From contig CP001848.1 of NCBI GenBank assembly GCA_000025185.1, positions 1,350,001 to 1,382,000 of the forward strand: a DNA stretch of 32,000 bases. Direction: 5' to 3'. Source of the DNA: Pirellula staleyi DSM 6068 (GTDB taxonomy: Bacteria > Planctomycetota > Planctomycetia > Pirellulales > Pirellulaceae). The notes under the pieces were generated by a model. That model did not search any database. It had not been told where the DNA came from and saw only the letters and a program-made list of their open reading frames with translations. Below, piece by piece: positions 7,195 through 16,831 of this stretch (positions are counted from its first letter, which is position 1; every line of letters starts with the position of its first letter). A program made the position numbers and the translations under genes.

Positions 7195-10080
7195 CTACGA
7201 TTCACTACCGCCGAAGAAGAAGCCTAGGACCGCGATCGGAACCCCAATCGCCAGCGCGAGTGTTGCGGGTCCTCCTGGTAGTCCGAGATCGGGAAGGTAG
7301 AGTGCGCCGACGAGCATCACCGCTGCCGCTGGGATGGCGAAGAGGCTCATGCGCCAGCCGCCGAACATGCCGAGCACCATCAGCAGAAGTCCCGCGACCG
7401 CCGCGTTGTAGCTGCTGACCATGGGACCGATCAGTGGGATCGGCAGTGGCGTGGTGCTGCTGGTATCGGGGATTTGCATGCCGTTTTGTAGCGACGCCTT
7501 CACATCGGCGGGAGTTTTGTTAGCGATGTCGGAGGCAATCTGCTCGACGTTCGAAAAGAGTCCGTTTTGCTGGGCCCAGAGGGCAAATCCGAGCAGTAAA
7601 CAAGTGCCGAGGATGAATCGCACTTTGCCGCCGAACAGGAACGCCAGCGGCGAGAGGGCGGTGCTGGTGAGTTTTGAGCTGCGACCTTCGTAGGAACCTT
7701 GTCGGGCGGCGTGCAGCATCGCTTTGATGCGAGCCCGCTTTTTGATCGCTTCAGCCGCCGGATCGGCCACCGTTTGGGCCGAGGGCTGAACTGCAGCAGC
7801 GCGCACTTCGGCAGCTTCATCGACGAGCGCCTCGGCCATCCGCTTGGCTTGGCGTCGCGCTTGCAGTGGGTCGATCCCTTGGGCTTCAAGCCCTTTTTCT
7901 TCGACGATTTGCAGATGTTTTCGATCGCGCTCTTCCCGCAGGCGAGTGACGCGTCGGTCGATCCAGGCGATGAGGGGGTCGCGCCAGGCACGGAACTTGG
8001 AGCGGCGCTTTCCTTGCTCGGTGCGGCCGAAGCGCTCGCGGGCAGCGATTTTTGCTTCGTAACCAAAGAGGGACTCGAACAGCTCTTCCCACTGCTCACC
8101 GGAATAGCGGGCGACGAACTGGCGTAGCGAGTCTTCCTCGACCCCTTTCAAGCGAAAGCTTTTTAGCAAACCATGCAGTGGCGCCAGCGCCGCTTCGCGC
8201 TCTTGCGCAAGCGGGCGATCGATGGCGAAGTAGAGTGCGACGGCGAGTCCGACGGCTATCGGCAGCAGCACCATCCAAGTGATGAGCCAGCCGAGCAGCA
8301 TCAGCACCACAAGCGCAACGAGGCCACCTGCTCCCCAGGTGAGCCAGTCGCTGGTGCGTGTGGTGGAGAGCCAGAGACGAGCTTTATCGAACAAGAACGT
8401 ACGCTGCAGAAAGCCGCTGACTGCGAAGTAGACAAGCGCCGCCATCACCGGGACGAGCATCAATCCGAGCCCGAGATTCAGGCTCCAAAACGAAATGCCA
8501 AGTCCGAGCGCTGTGAAGCCAGCGGTGACCGAGAGGATGGCGAGCGAGCGAATCTTGGCAAACTTCGCTTCACCAAATTGCTTCACCGATTGCTCGAGCA
8601 AAGTGACCTGCTCTTCGCGCGGCGAGAAGGGTCCGGTCGATTGAATGCCGAGATAGGCCTCGAGGTCTTGTATCACTTCGGCTAGGCTCGGGTAGCGATC
8701 TTCAGGTCGCTTAGCGACCATCCGCACGACGATATCGGAGAGTCGCTTATCGAGTCGCTTGATGATCGCATCGGGGCGAACGATCGGTTCCGACTTGTGC
8801 TTGGTGATCACTTCATTGGCCGTTGCACCTTCAAACGGGGGGCGTCCGGTGAGCAGGACGTAGAGGGTACAGCCGAGCGAGTAGATATCGGCCCGATGAT
8901 CGACACCAGCGGCGTTAATCGCTTGTTCGGGGGCCATGTAGGCTGGCGTTCCCATGGCGACATTCACCATCGTGACATCGGTGCCGGTGAGGCTCCGCGC
9001 GGTGGCGGATTGACCGACGACGGTTCGCGCGCTCGATGATTTGGCGGCAGCATTCTCGGCCAGTTTTGCAGCGGCTGCAGCTTCGGCTTGCTCTTGTTCG
9101 AGCGCCACCTCTTGCTCGGCAGCTTGCGGCGTTTTCACGAGCCCCAGGTCGGCCACCTTCACGACACCGCGCTCGCTGAGAAGCAAATTGGCTGGCTTCA
9201 CATCGCGGTGAACCATTCCATGCTGATGCGCAAACTGCAAACCGCGAGCAGCCTGCAGCACGTAGCCAATCGCGACTTCGGCATCGAGATTCCCTTGCGA
9301 TTTGACGACGTGATCGAGCGAATCTCCCGGCACAAATTCCATGCTGAAGAAGTGCGAACCCGACGACGAACCGAGATCGTAAATCTGCACCACGTTGTGA
9401 TGCGACAGCTGCGCGGCGGCATAGGCTTCACGCGTGAAGCGGGCAATGAACGTTGGGTTGCTGGCCCACTGCGGCTGAATCACTTTCAGCGCGACGAGTC
9501 GATCAAGCGATAGCTGACGTGCTTTGTAAACTGCTCCCATCGCGCCACGTCCGAGTTCGCCTAGCAGCTCGTAGCCCGGAAGTTTTGTACCGGAGTTGAT
9601 GGGTTGCAGCGGTTGCTCGTGACGCGGGCTGGTGCTGCTGGCAACTGCGGCGGCGGTGTGGGCTTCGGTCGCTTCGATGGCGCGCTGAGGGCGCGTGAGG
9701 TTAGCGGCAAAGTCGGCTGTCGCGTTAGGATCGGCAAGCGGACTAGCGGTCGGCTGCGATGGGGGAAGCGTCGCCTCGACAGCTTGCGGAGATGAAGCGC
9801 GTGGCGGTGACGGAGGGGGAAGCGTGGCCTCGGCGGCGCGCGGCACGGACGGAGGTGACGATGGTTCTGCAACGGTCTTCGCGGCCGAAGTGGGTGGGAG
9901 CGTTTGCTCGACAGCGGCGGGCGGAGCGAGCTTGGCGGTGCTCCACGGTTTCGCGGGATCGTCGTGCACGCGCAGCGCGAACGACTGACCACACTTAGCG
10001 CATTTTGGCTTGTAGGTGCCAGGCTTCGCTTCGCGCACCGTCATGGAGTGGTTGCAGTGGGGGCAGGCGATGGCCGGCAT
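7195..10080 (-). CDS. Ser/Thr protein kinase with N-terminal Zn-ribbon, Pro-rich linker and polytopic membrane C-terminal half
   Basis: CPHC...CAKC Zn-ribbon. Hanks kinase motifs GELGRGAMGAVYKA, VALKV, HRDVKPANLLL (HRD at nt 9202-9210), DLG, GTPAYMAPE, DIYSLG. Several long hydrophobic segments in residues about 520-960. Confidence 0.9.
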   Translation of the reverse strand: MPAIACPHCNHSMTVREAKPGTYKPKCAKCGQSFALRVHDDPAKPWSTAKLAPPAAVEQTLPPTSAAKTVAEPSSPPSVPRAAEATLPPPSPPRASSPQAVEATLPPSQPTASPLADPNATADFAANLTRPQRAIEATEAHTAAAVASSTSPRHEQPLQPINSGTKLPGYELLGELGRGAMGAVYKARQLSLDRLVALKVIQPQWASNPTFIARFTREAYAAAQLSHHNVVQIYDLGSSSGSHFFSMEFVPGDSLDHVVKSQGNLDAEVAIGYVLQAARGLQFAHQHGMVHRDVKPANLLLSERGVVKVADLGLVKTPQAAEQEVALEQEQAEAAAAAKLAENAAAKSSSARTVVGQSATARSLTGTDVTMVNVAMGTPAYMAPEQAINAAGVDHRADIYSLGCTLYVLLTGRPPFEGATANEVITKHKSEPIVRPDAIIKRLDKRLSDIVVRMVAKRPEDRYPSLAEVIQDLEAYLGIQSTGPFSPREEQVTLLEQSVKQFGEAKFAKIRSLAILSVTAGFTALGLGISFWSLNLGLGLMLVPVMAALVYFAVSGFLQRTFLFDKARLWLSTTRTSDWLTWGAGGLVALVVLMLLGWLITWMVLLPIAVGLAVALYFAIDRPLAQEREAALAPLHGLLKSFRLKGVEEDSLRQFVARYSGEQWEELFESLFGYEAKIAARERFGRTEQGKRRSKFRAWRDPLIAWIDRRVTRLREERDRKHLQIVEEKGLEAQGIDPLQARRQAKRMAEALVDEAAEVRAAAVQPSAQTVADPAAEAIKKRARIKAMLHAARQGSYEGRSSKLTSTALSPLAFLFGGKVRFILGTCLLLGFALWAQQNGLFSNVEQIASDIANKTPADVKASLQNGMQIPDTSSTTPLPIPLIGPMVSSYNAAVAGLLLMVLGMFGGWRMSLFAIPAAAVMLVGALYLPDLGLPGGPATLALAIGVPIAVLGFFFGGSES

Positions 10081-10269
10081 TAAGACCTCGCAGAGGAAAG
10101 ACTCAAGGTGTGGTGGTCGCGCGAAGGAGCGGCTGAAGAAATCGAGACTTCGCTATCGTATTCTCGCGCACCAGTGCGGTGCAAATAACGCGCGATTATT
10201 TGCCATCGCAAGCTTCTCGCCAACAGCTGCGCATGCGTTGGGCCTGCGAAATACGGAGTCGATGCTGCT

Positions 10270-13161
10270 TTACGACGTCGATGGCGAACTTGTTGATGAA
10301 CTGGGAGGCGTGGCAGCGGCCGCGCTGCTGCCCGCCACTTTACCGACCACAAACTTCCCCTCGATCAGCCGCAATTCGCGCACTGGGCGTCCATAGAGGA
10401 GCTCGGTCATTTTCTGTTTCAGCGGGGTAAGTTGCTCATAGACTTCCACCGTTGCGCCGCTGGCGAGCAGTAGCAACAGCTTCTCGAGCGAGCAGTCGAG
10501 TGACAGATGTTTGAGTCCAAAACGTTCCGACAGCATCGTGACATCGGCCAGCAGCTGCGCCGCTTGAGGATGGTGATCTTCACTTCGATAGACAGCGGCT
10601 TGCGCCAGCTGCGCCGGGAGGATCATCTCGAGGAGCCCTGTTTTGCGCGCGAGTGTGCCGGCTTGCTGCACATGCTTGCGCGCCTCTTCGCGATAACGCC
10701 AATCTCCCGAATGAGCGCGGAGCGCGAGGTAGAGTCGTCCAAGAACAAAACGATAGCCAGCCGCGATGGCAAAATCGTGTGGCGCAACATCATCGATCTC
10801 GCGCCAGGCAGTTTTTTCGGCAAGCGGAAAATTACCCGAGTCGAAGACTGCTTCGACATGCCAGTGCTCGGCCCCCAAGAGATGCGACGACTCGCGCGGA
10901 ATCGACATCGCAAGCTTGTAGCGTTCGATCGCTTCGGCAAACTTCCCTTTCAGATGCAGCACGCGAGCTGTCAGCATCACGGCATCGCGAAACAGCTGCT
11001 TCTGTTTCGCCAGGTCGGGTAGCGCCACAAGTTCATTCACACGGCAGGTGGCATCTTTGACACGTCCTGCCAGCAGCAGTTGCTGTGCGAGTTCGATCAG
11101 CAGGTGCGGAACAAGTTCCAGGTTCCCCCCTTGCTCGTCGCTAGGTAACTTCGCGCGCTCGAGGTGACGCGTTGTCGTGGCAATCGCTTCCGAGAATCGT
11201 CCCGCGCTTCGCAGCGCATGCCGATGGAGCTGAGCAACGCGCCACTGATCGCTCGCCGATAGCCCAGCGCGAGGTAGCTGCGTGGTAGGGTCGATCAACA
11301 GCTCCAGGGCTCCCGCGCGATAACAAAAATCGCGCACCGTTTCGAGTTTCAAAACATCCTCCTGCTGCCAGAGTGCAGCGAGGAACGACTCGTGCCAGGC
11401 CGAGTGATAATCGCCTGCCTCAGTCCGGTGCTGCATCGCGCGGAGCAGCGTGGCGATACGTGGAGGAGTGATCGGCCCGTCGGACTTTTGGAGCTGAAGC
11501 TCTTCGGCTAGCCAGCGGTGGAGCTGTGCACCGCGAGAGGACTCCAGTGGTGCCTGACGACGCAAAAATGCCTCGCGCGCGACGCGCTGTAGCACCACGA
11601 GCTGCGTGGCCGGATGCGCGACGATTCCTGCCCCGCGCAGCTGCGCGAGAATCGCGCGGAGCTTTGTGCCGTCGAGCTGCACCAGCGTAGCACCCCACGG
11701 TTGCTGCTCAGCGGAAACATCGCTATTAGCCTGGAAATCCCGGCGTAAATGCCCGAGTAGGTTCTCGATCGTCGTGACTTCGAGCGGCTGATCGGCGCAT
11801 GCCAGTAGCGATAACAATTCGGTGATAGCGGGTTGATTCCAGGCCTCGAGCAGTTCCTGCAGCAGCCCATCGATTAGCTGGTCGAGCGGGATCGACGTCA
11901 GCCGCTGCGCGTGGCGTTTGAGCGTTGCCGGGAAACTGCCACGAGCCGCGCGGCACGCAGCGATCAAGCGCGCGGCGATGAAGTGACCCGACGCGGCGGC
12001 AGCAGCATCGTCGATTTCGCTACTCGTGACCGGGTAGCGCAGTTTTGCCAGCAGCTCGCGGCTGTCGGGCTTCGCAACGCGGTCGACCTGGATCGTCGAA
12101 AGGCCCTCCCCTTCCCACGGCGCAAGATCGGCCAAAGGCTGCTTGGAGATCACAATGCAGAGCCCATTGTGAGCGTGCAGCAATTTGCGGAGCAGCATTA
12201 AGAGCGCATCGTCGGCAATGCGCGCAGTCCCATGCTCGTCGGCGCGCAGCAAGTGGTCCAGACCATCGATCACTAGCAGGGTTCGTTCCTCTTGCAGTAG
12301 TCGCGCAAGACGTGCACCGGTTTCCCACCAAGCTTCGGGCGCGTCTTCGACATCGCTCAAAAATTGCCGGAGCGCGAAGCAGAACTCGTCGGCTGAATGA
12401 TGTCCCCCCGCGCGCTGCTGTTCGTCGAAAGACCAGCAAAACAGACGTTCCGCGCCGCGCCATGCTTCCCGACTGAGCAGTGCCAAAAAATGCGCGACGA
12501 GCGAGCTTTTCCCAACCCCCAACTCGCCGACGAGATTCACCACACGTGTGCCGGGCTCCATCCAAGCGACACCGAGTTGATGCAGCAGAATTTCTCGCTC
12601 GACCGATTCCGCTGCGACCAGTGCATGCCGAAAATTACCGAGCATCAGTTGCGATTCGGGAAGTGCACTCCACGCGAGTTCACTTGGCATTGCTCCGATA
12701 TGCACCAGGTGTCCCACCGCGCGGCGAGCGATGTAGGCCATGGCGCGATATGCCTCGCGCAGGTCGCGCTTCTCGAGTGGCTGCTGAAGTTCGCGCGACA
12801 CCTGCACCGTCACCGTCTCGGGCAACAGTCCCCAGGGACAATCCTTCAGAATGACTGGGAGAAATTCGGTATCGCCTGTTTGACCACGTGTCACTTTCAC
12901 GTTGGCCCGAATCACGAGTCGAGGGAGCGCTTCCTTCATCATCGCGCGCGATGCCAGAAAGTCGGGCGACACAAGCAGGATCGCGAGCCGTGCGCTCTCG
13001 ACCCCACGTAGTCCCTCGGCTGTCAGCCGCCCCGCTTCATCGGCGGTAGCGAGTCGCACATGCTCGCGCCCTAGTCCCAGGGCGAGCAAATGATTGGCAA
13101 TTAGCGTGGGCCATTTGGTGTCCCATTCATTCGAGCAGAGAAGAATTAGGGGATCGCTCAT
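10270..13161 (-). CDS. TIR-like domain / P-loop STAND NTPase / TPR-like helical repeat protein (963 aa)
   Basis: N-terminus LILLCSNEWD...ARLAILLVSPDFLASRAMMKEAL matches the TIR_2 pattern. Walker A GELGVGKS at nt 12505-12528. Walker B LLVIDGLD at nt 12256-12279. Long helical-repeat C-terminus. Confidence 0.8.
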   Translation of the reverse strand: MSDPLILLCSNEWDTKWPTLIANHLLALGLGREHVRLATADEAGRLTAEGLRGVESARLAILLVSPDFLASRAMMKEALPRLVIRANVKVTRGQTGDTEFLPVILKDCPWGLLPETVTVQVSRELQQPLEKRDLREAYRAMAYIARRAVGHLVHIGAMPSELAWSALPESQLMLGNFRHALVAAESVEREILLHQLGVAWMEPGTRVVNLVGELGVGKSSLVAHFLALLSREAWRGAERLFCWSFDEQQRAGGHHSADEFCFALRQFLSDVEDAPEAWWETGARLARLLQEERTLLVIDGLDHLLRADEHGTARIADDALLMLLRKLLHAHNGLCIVISKQPLADLAPWEGEGLSTIQVDRVAKPDSRELLAKLRYPVTSSEIDDAAAAASGHFIAARLIAACRAARGSFPATLKRHAQRLTSIPLDQLIDGLLQELLEAWNQPAITELLSLLACADQPLEVTTIENLLGHLRRDFQANSDVSAEQQPWGATLVQLDGTKLRAILAQLRGAGIVAHPATQLVVLQRVAREAFLRRQAPLESSRGAQLHRWLAEELQLQKSDGPITPPRIATLLRAMQHRTEAGDYHSAWHESFLAALWQQEDVLKLETVRDFCYRAGALELLIDPTTQLPRAGLSASDQWRVAQLHRHALRSAGRFSEAIATTTRHLERAKLPSDEQGGNLELVPHLLIELAQQLLLAGRVKDATCRVNELVALPDLAKQKQLFRDAVMLTARVLHLKGKFAEAIERYKLAMSIPRESSHLLGAEHWHVEAVFDSGNFPLAEKTAWREIDDVAPHDFAIAAGYRFVLGRLYLALRAHSGDWRYREEARKHVQQAGTLARKTGLLEMILPAQLAQAAVYRSEDHHPQAAQLLADVTMLSERFGLKHLSLDCSLEKLLLLLASGATVEVYEQLTPLKQKMTELLYGRPVRELRLIEGKFVVGKVAGSSAAAATPPSSSTSSPSTS

Positions 13162-13360
13162 GAACCATCTCCCTTAGCGAGATTGATGGTTCTAGCAAGC
13201 TTTCGTAAAGAGCCGGTGAAGGTTTGGCGACGGTCGCTCGCGAAGCAGAGTGCGCAGAGGACGATTCACACCACAGCTGCATGCAGCTAGAGGCCCGCAC
13301 GCTTTTTCTGTAGAAGCGGATGCTTAGTCAATTTCCGCTTGGAAGACTTGTTGCCGCGCG

Positions 13361-15517
13361 CTAGTTTTGAAGGAAATCGGGAAGGTAGCCCCCCGATTCG
13401 GTAGCAGGCGACTGCTTGCGCTTCGCCGCTTGCTCCGCTTCCCGCAGCGCCAGGTAAGAGCCCTGCATCAGCCGATCTTCGCGCCCTTCACCCGCTTGCA
13501 CCACGATGGCCGACTCGCTGAGGAGTTTCTTCTCGGCGACATTGATGGCATAGCAACGTGTTTGGCAAAGTCCACAGCCGACGCACTTGTCAGCTACGAC
13601 GCTGGGAGCCAAAAATCCGCTCGATTCAATCGGCTCGCCTTGGGCATCGACTTGTGTACCAACTCGCACAAACTCAATTGCGTGATAGCCGGCCGCGATG
13701 CAATCGTCGACGCACAGCTGACAGGCTTCCTTACCCGCGTGCGGCAGGCAGGTTTGCAAATCGACAATCGCGAGCCCCATTCGCGCGACACGTTTTTCCT
13801 CGAGCGGAATCGCGCGAATCGCACCTGTCGGACAAACCTGACCGCAGGCATTGCAGCTCGATTCGCACCCGGCCCAATCGGGCTTGGCGGCCGGTGTCCA
13901 CAACCCTTCCAGCCCTTGCTCGAATCCGAGCGGCTGTAAAACATTGTTCGGGCATGCCTTAAAACATTCGCCACAGCGAATGCACAGGTCGAGGAACTGC
14001 GGCTCGGGTACACTTCCCGGTGGTCGAATGGGAAGCAGCTGAGGATCGCTCGTCAGATCAGCTCCCAGCACTTTCGTGGCGATGGTGAGCGATGTGGCCC
14101 CCACAATCGTGGCGGCTGAACCAGCAGCGAGCGACAAAAATCCGCGGCGTCCGAGTGCCGTTTCGTGCGTCGGTGGATCGTTCTCCACTTTCAGCTGAAT
14201 CAAGTTCCAGCGCTCGACAAACTTGATCGCTTCGGTCGGACAAACCCCAGCGCAGGTCTGGCACAGCGTGCAGTCGGTGGTTCGCGTGGTGAAGTCGGGC
14301 TTGATCGCATCGAACGGACAAATTTGCACACACTTGTTGCAGTGGATACAGCTCGATTCGACCTTCCGCTCCGTAGCGCGAAACAGATTCGATACCGAGA
14401 AGACCGCCCCACTCGGACAGACATACTTGCACCAAAACCGAGGCCGCAGAAAACCGAGCCCCAGCACGACAGCAAACATCGCCAGCGAAAGAAAATGCCC
14501 CGCCGAAGGTGCCGGCACATTGTGCCAGCCGCGCGAGGCTGCAGTTTGCAGCGGCTCGAACAGGAACAGCATCCCGCGCGTGATGACCGGAATCGCCGCA
14601 AAATAGCCACTCACCAAAACGCCGAACACCGAGCAGAGGAGCGTTCCCGCGAGCAGGTAGTACTTGATATGCACCCACCAACCATCCTCGGCGACTCGAA
14701 AGCGCTTGACGCGCTTACCGATCCCCCAGTCGAACAGATCGATCAGGGTCCCGAGCGGGCAGAGATAGCCGCAGAAACCTCGCGGAACGAGGATCGCAAC
14801 CACTAAGATTCCGATTGCCGAGACGAGCGACCAAACCCAAGTCCGACCGGCAATAGCGGTCGAGATCGCCACCAAAGGATCGATCACCAGCAGACTCTCG
14901 GCATGCAGCAACTCTTTCGAAGCGAGCGAGTCGGCATAGTGCGACGGCCAGGCATCAGGGGCCGTTTCCGAAAGGGTCCAGGGTCCTCCGGGATCAAACT
15001 GCAGTTCCTCGAGTTTCTCCGCCGGAAAATCAGGTTCGGCAGCGAGCACGAGCGACTCGTTTTGCACCTCGCGCACTGTGACCGGACCTAGCAGCGCAAG
15101 CTTTCCCGTCGCGGGATCGGCGCTCGATACAAAGTACCGCTGCAAGGGCCGAATCCCGACGAGCGCGCCAGGCTGGGCGGTGATCGCGATCGTCTGGTCC
15201 TCGGCAGGAGCAGCGGGCGCAAGGCCGGGCCAAACCTGCGCCGGACGCGCCGAGTAGGGCCACGCAACGTAGAAGAAAAGGAACAGAAACAGCAGAAAGA
15301 AAACTGTTTGCACCACACGGCGCACCGGCGCGGAGAGCCAACTCGGACCGAGTCGCTTCAGCCACTGCCGCACCAGCCCCGGTTTGGCTGTCGCACGATC
15401 GGAAAACAGAGCCGCCGGCAGGATCTGCTTAGCGATGCGCACTAGCAGTGTGTCGGGCTTGAGCTCGGTCCCCTTCTTCGGTTTTCGCAAGAAGGGGAGA
15501 AACATATCGAGTCGCAT
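13361..15517 (-). CDS. Membrane polyferredoxin, NapH-like (CX3CP x2 + 2 [4Fe-4S]) fused to a NapG-like poly-[4Fe-4S] module
   Basis: FCGYLCP (nt 14756-14773) and FWCKYVCP (nt 14414-14431) CX3CP motifs within TM helices. CIHCNKCVQICP, CTLCQTCAGVCP. Internal twin-arginine-like RRGFLSLAAGSAATIVGA (nt 14078-14152). Then CIRCGECFKACP, CNACGQVCP, CQLCVDDC, CVGCGLCQTRC. Confidence 0.85.
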   Translation of the reverse strand: MRLDMFLPFLRKPKKGTELKPDTLLVRIAKQILPAALFSDRATAKPGLVRQWLKRLGPSWLSAPVRRVVQTVFFLLFLFLFFYVAWPYSARPAQVWPGLAPAAPAEDQTIAITAQPGALVGIRPLQRYFVSSADPATGKLALLGPVTVREVQNESLVLAAEPDFPAEKLEELQFDPGGPWTLSETAPDAWPSHYADSLASKELLHAESLLVIDPLVAISTAIAGRTWVWSLVSAIGILVVAILVPRGFCGYLCPLGTLIDLFDWGIGKRVKRFRVAEDGWWVHIKYYLLAGTLLCSVFGVLVSGYFAAIPVITRGMLFLFEPLQTAASRGWHNVPAPSAGHFLSLAMFAVVLGLGFLRPRFWCKYVCPSGAVFSVSNLFRATERKVESSCIHCNKCVQICPFDAIKPDFTTRTTDCTLCQTCAGVCPTEAIKFVERWNLIQLKVENDPPTHETALGRRGFLSLAAGSAATIVGATSLTIATKVLGADLTSDPQLLPIRPPGSVPEPQFLDLCIRCGECFKACPNNVLQPLGFEQGLEGLWTPAAKPDWAGCESSCNACGQVCPTGAIRAIPLEEKRVARMGLAIVDLQTCLPHAGKEACQLCVDDCIAAGYHAIEFVRVGTQVDAQGEPIESSGFLAPSVVADKCVGCGLCQTRCYAINVAEKKLLSESAIVVQAGEGREDRLMQGSYLALREAEQAAKRKQSPATESGGYLPDFLQN

Positions 15518-15523
15518 AGAATG

Positions 15524-16831
15524 CTACTTTCCACCGGCAGCGTTGCTGCCCGATGCGAGAGCCTTGGCCGTGGCGTTGATGATCGCCTGACTCGTAATCG
15601 TAGCATTGCTCGTGGCATCCACCCCCTTCACCCCTTGCCGTGCTTGGATCTTTTGGGGCGTGTCGGTCAGAGCGGAATAGAACTGCTTCTCGCGATGCTG
15701 AATCACCGAAAGGGCCGTGATCTTGCCACCTTTCACGGTCAGCGAAATGCGCACGGGACCTTCGTAGCCAATCGACTCTTCTTCGTACGTTCCATCGGCC
15801 ACTTTCGTCGCGTCGGCGAGATCGAACAACTTCACCGCCTCGATGCCGCGCTGGGCCCGCTCTTGGCTCCGCTTCAGCCGACCGTTAGGTGGGTTGGCTT
15901 GTTTGATCGCTAACACTTTTTGATACCACTCGAGCGATGCTTGCGGATTACCAGCCTGACGATAACCGTCGGCGACGTAGAGATAGGCTTCGTCGGCACC
16001 GCTACCAACATTAGCGGCAAACAGCTTCGTAAACTGCACCGCTTTGGCAATATCTCCCATGTCGGCCCAGAGCTTAATGTGGGCCGTCGAGATCGTCTTT
16101 TGCTTACTCATCAGTTCGACTGCCATCGCTTTATTTCCCAAATGGAAATAACACTCGGCAAGCTTGGCGATTAGCGAGGGAGGTCCATTCCGCTCGACTC
16201 CCGCTTGTCGCCACCAGTAAGCAGCACGGGCATAGTCTTGATGCAAGTTATGGTACATGCGCCCCAAATCAAGCATCGCGCGTGTCCGTTTGGCAGGATC
16301 ACTTTGATGCGTCAGCAGCAGGTGGTGCATCAGCTTCACCCCTTCTTGCCACTTATTAGGGTTGGGATTAATCACGTCCCAAACATACTGCCCTACATTT
16401 TTTTGATTGTTCCAGCCTCCCGGAGGCTTATCGGGCCAGCTCAGATCGAGCGATTCGGGCCAGTCGGTCGAGGCGTTATCAAACCAGTCGGGAGGCTGAC
16501 GACCAAGGTCGCTAATCATTTTTTCAACCTCCGCCTTCGTCCGGCGGACTACCATTCCCGCTGCTGGTTCGGCGGCAGCTTCCCGCTCGTTGATCACATA
16601 CCGTTTGCCATTGATGGTGACGGTGTGAATGGTGCTGAGGTCATAAGTTTTGGTGATCGTCTTTCCCGCTTGGGTCTCCTCGACTTTGATGGTCGAGCTA
16701 TCTTTGGAAAGAACTTTGGCCTCGAGCTTCTGGCCGTCGAGAAACACGATCTCGGCCGCGCTCAGCGGAATCGATAAAGCCAGGCATAGTGCCATGGTCA
16801 CGAGGGGCGTAAATGATTTTCTAGCAATCAT
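15524..16831 (-). CDS. Secreted TPR-like protein with C-terminal FMN-binding (FMN_bind) domain
   Basis: Start moved to the ATG at 16831 (MIARKSFTPLVTMALCLALSIPLSAAEIV is a signal peptide); the upstream 69 codons overlap apbE. The C-terminal FMN_bind region carries the flavinylation-type motif DATSNAT (Thr codon at 15599-15601). The ATG overlaps the apbE stop (ATGA at 16828-16831). Confidence 0.85.
   Translation of the reverse strand: MIARKSFTPLVTMALCLALSIPLSAAEIVFLDGQKLEAKVLSKDSSTIKVEETQAGKTITKTYDLSTIHTVTINGKRYVINEREAAAEPAAGMVVRRTKAEVEKMISDLGRQPPDWFDNASTDWPESLDLSWPDKPPGGWNNQKNVGQYVWDVINPNPNKWQEGVKLMHHLLLTHQSDPAKRTRAMLDLGRMYHNLHQDYARAAYWWRQAGVERNGPPSLIAKLAECYFHLGNKAMAVELMSKQKTISTAHIKLWADMGDIAKAVQFTKLFAANVGSGADEAYLYVADGYRQAGNPQASLEWYQKVLAIKQANPPNGRLKRSQERAQRGIEAVKLFDLADATKVADGTYEEESIGYEGPVRISLTVKGGKITALSVIQHREKQFYSALTDTPQKIQARQGVKGVDATSNATITSQAIINATAKALASGSNAAGGK

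Noticed and set aside
13275-13288. Perfect 14-bp palindrome agctgcatgcagct, and the nearby aagcgga/tccgctt hairpin (13311-13337), as a terminator of the redox operon or an operator for the TIR-STAND gene.
   Set aside because: No U-tract follows either structure on the minus strand. A single palindrome of restriction-site-like sequence (PvuII/SphI-type half sites) is weak evidence, so it is left unannotated.
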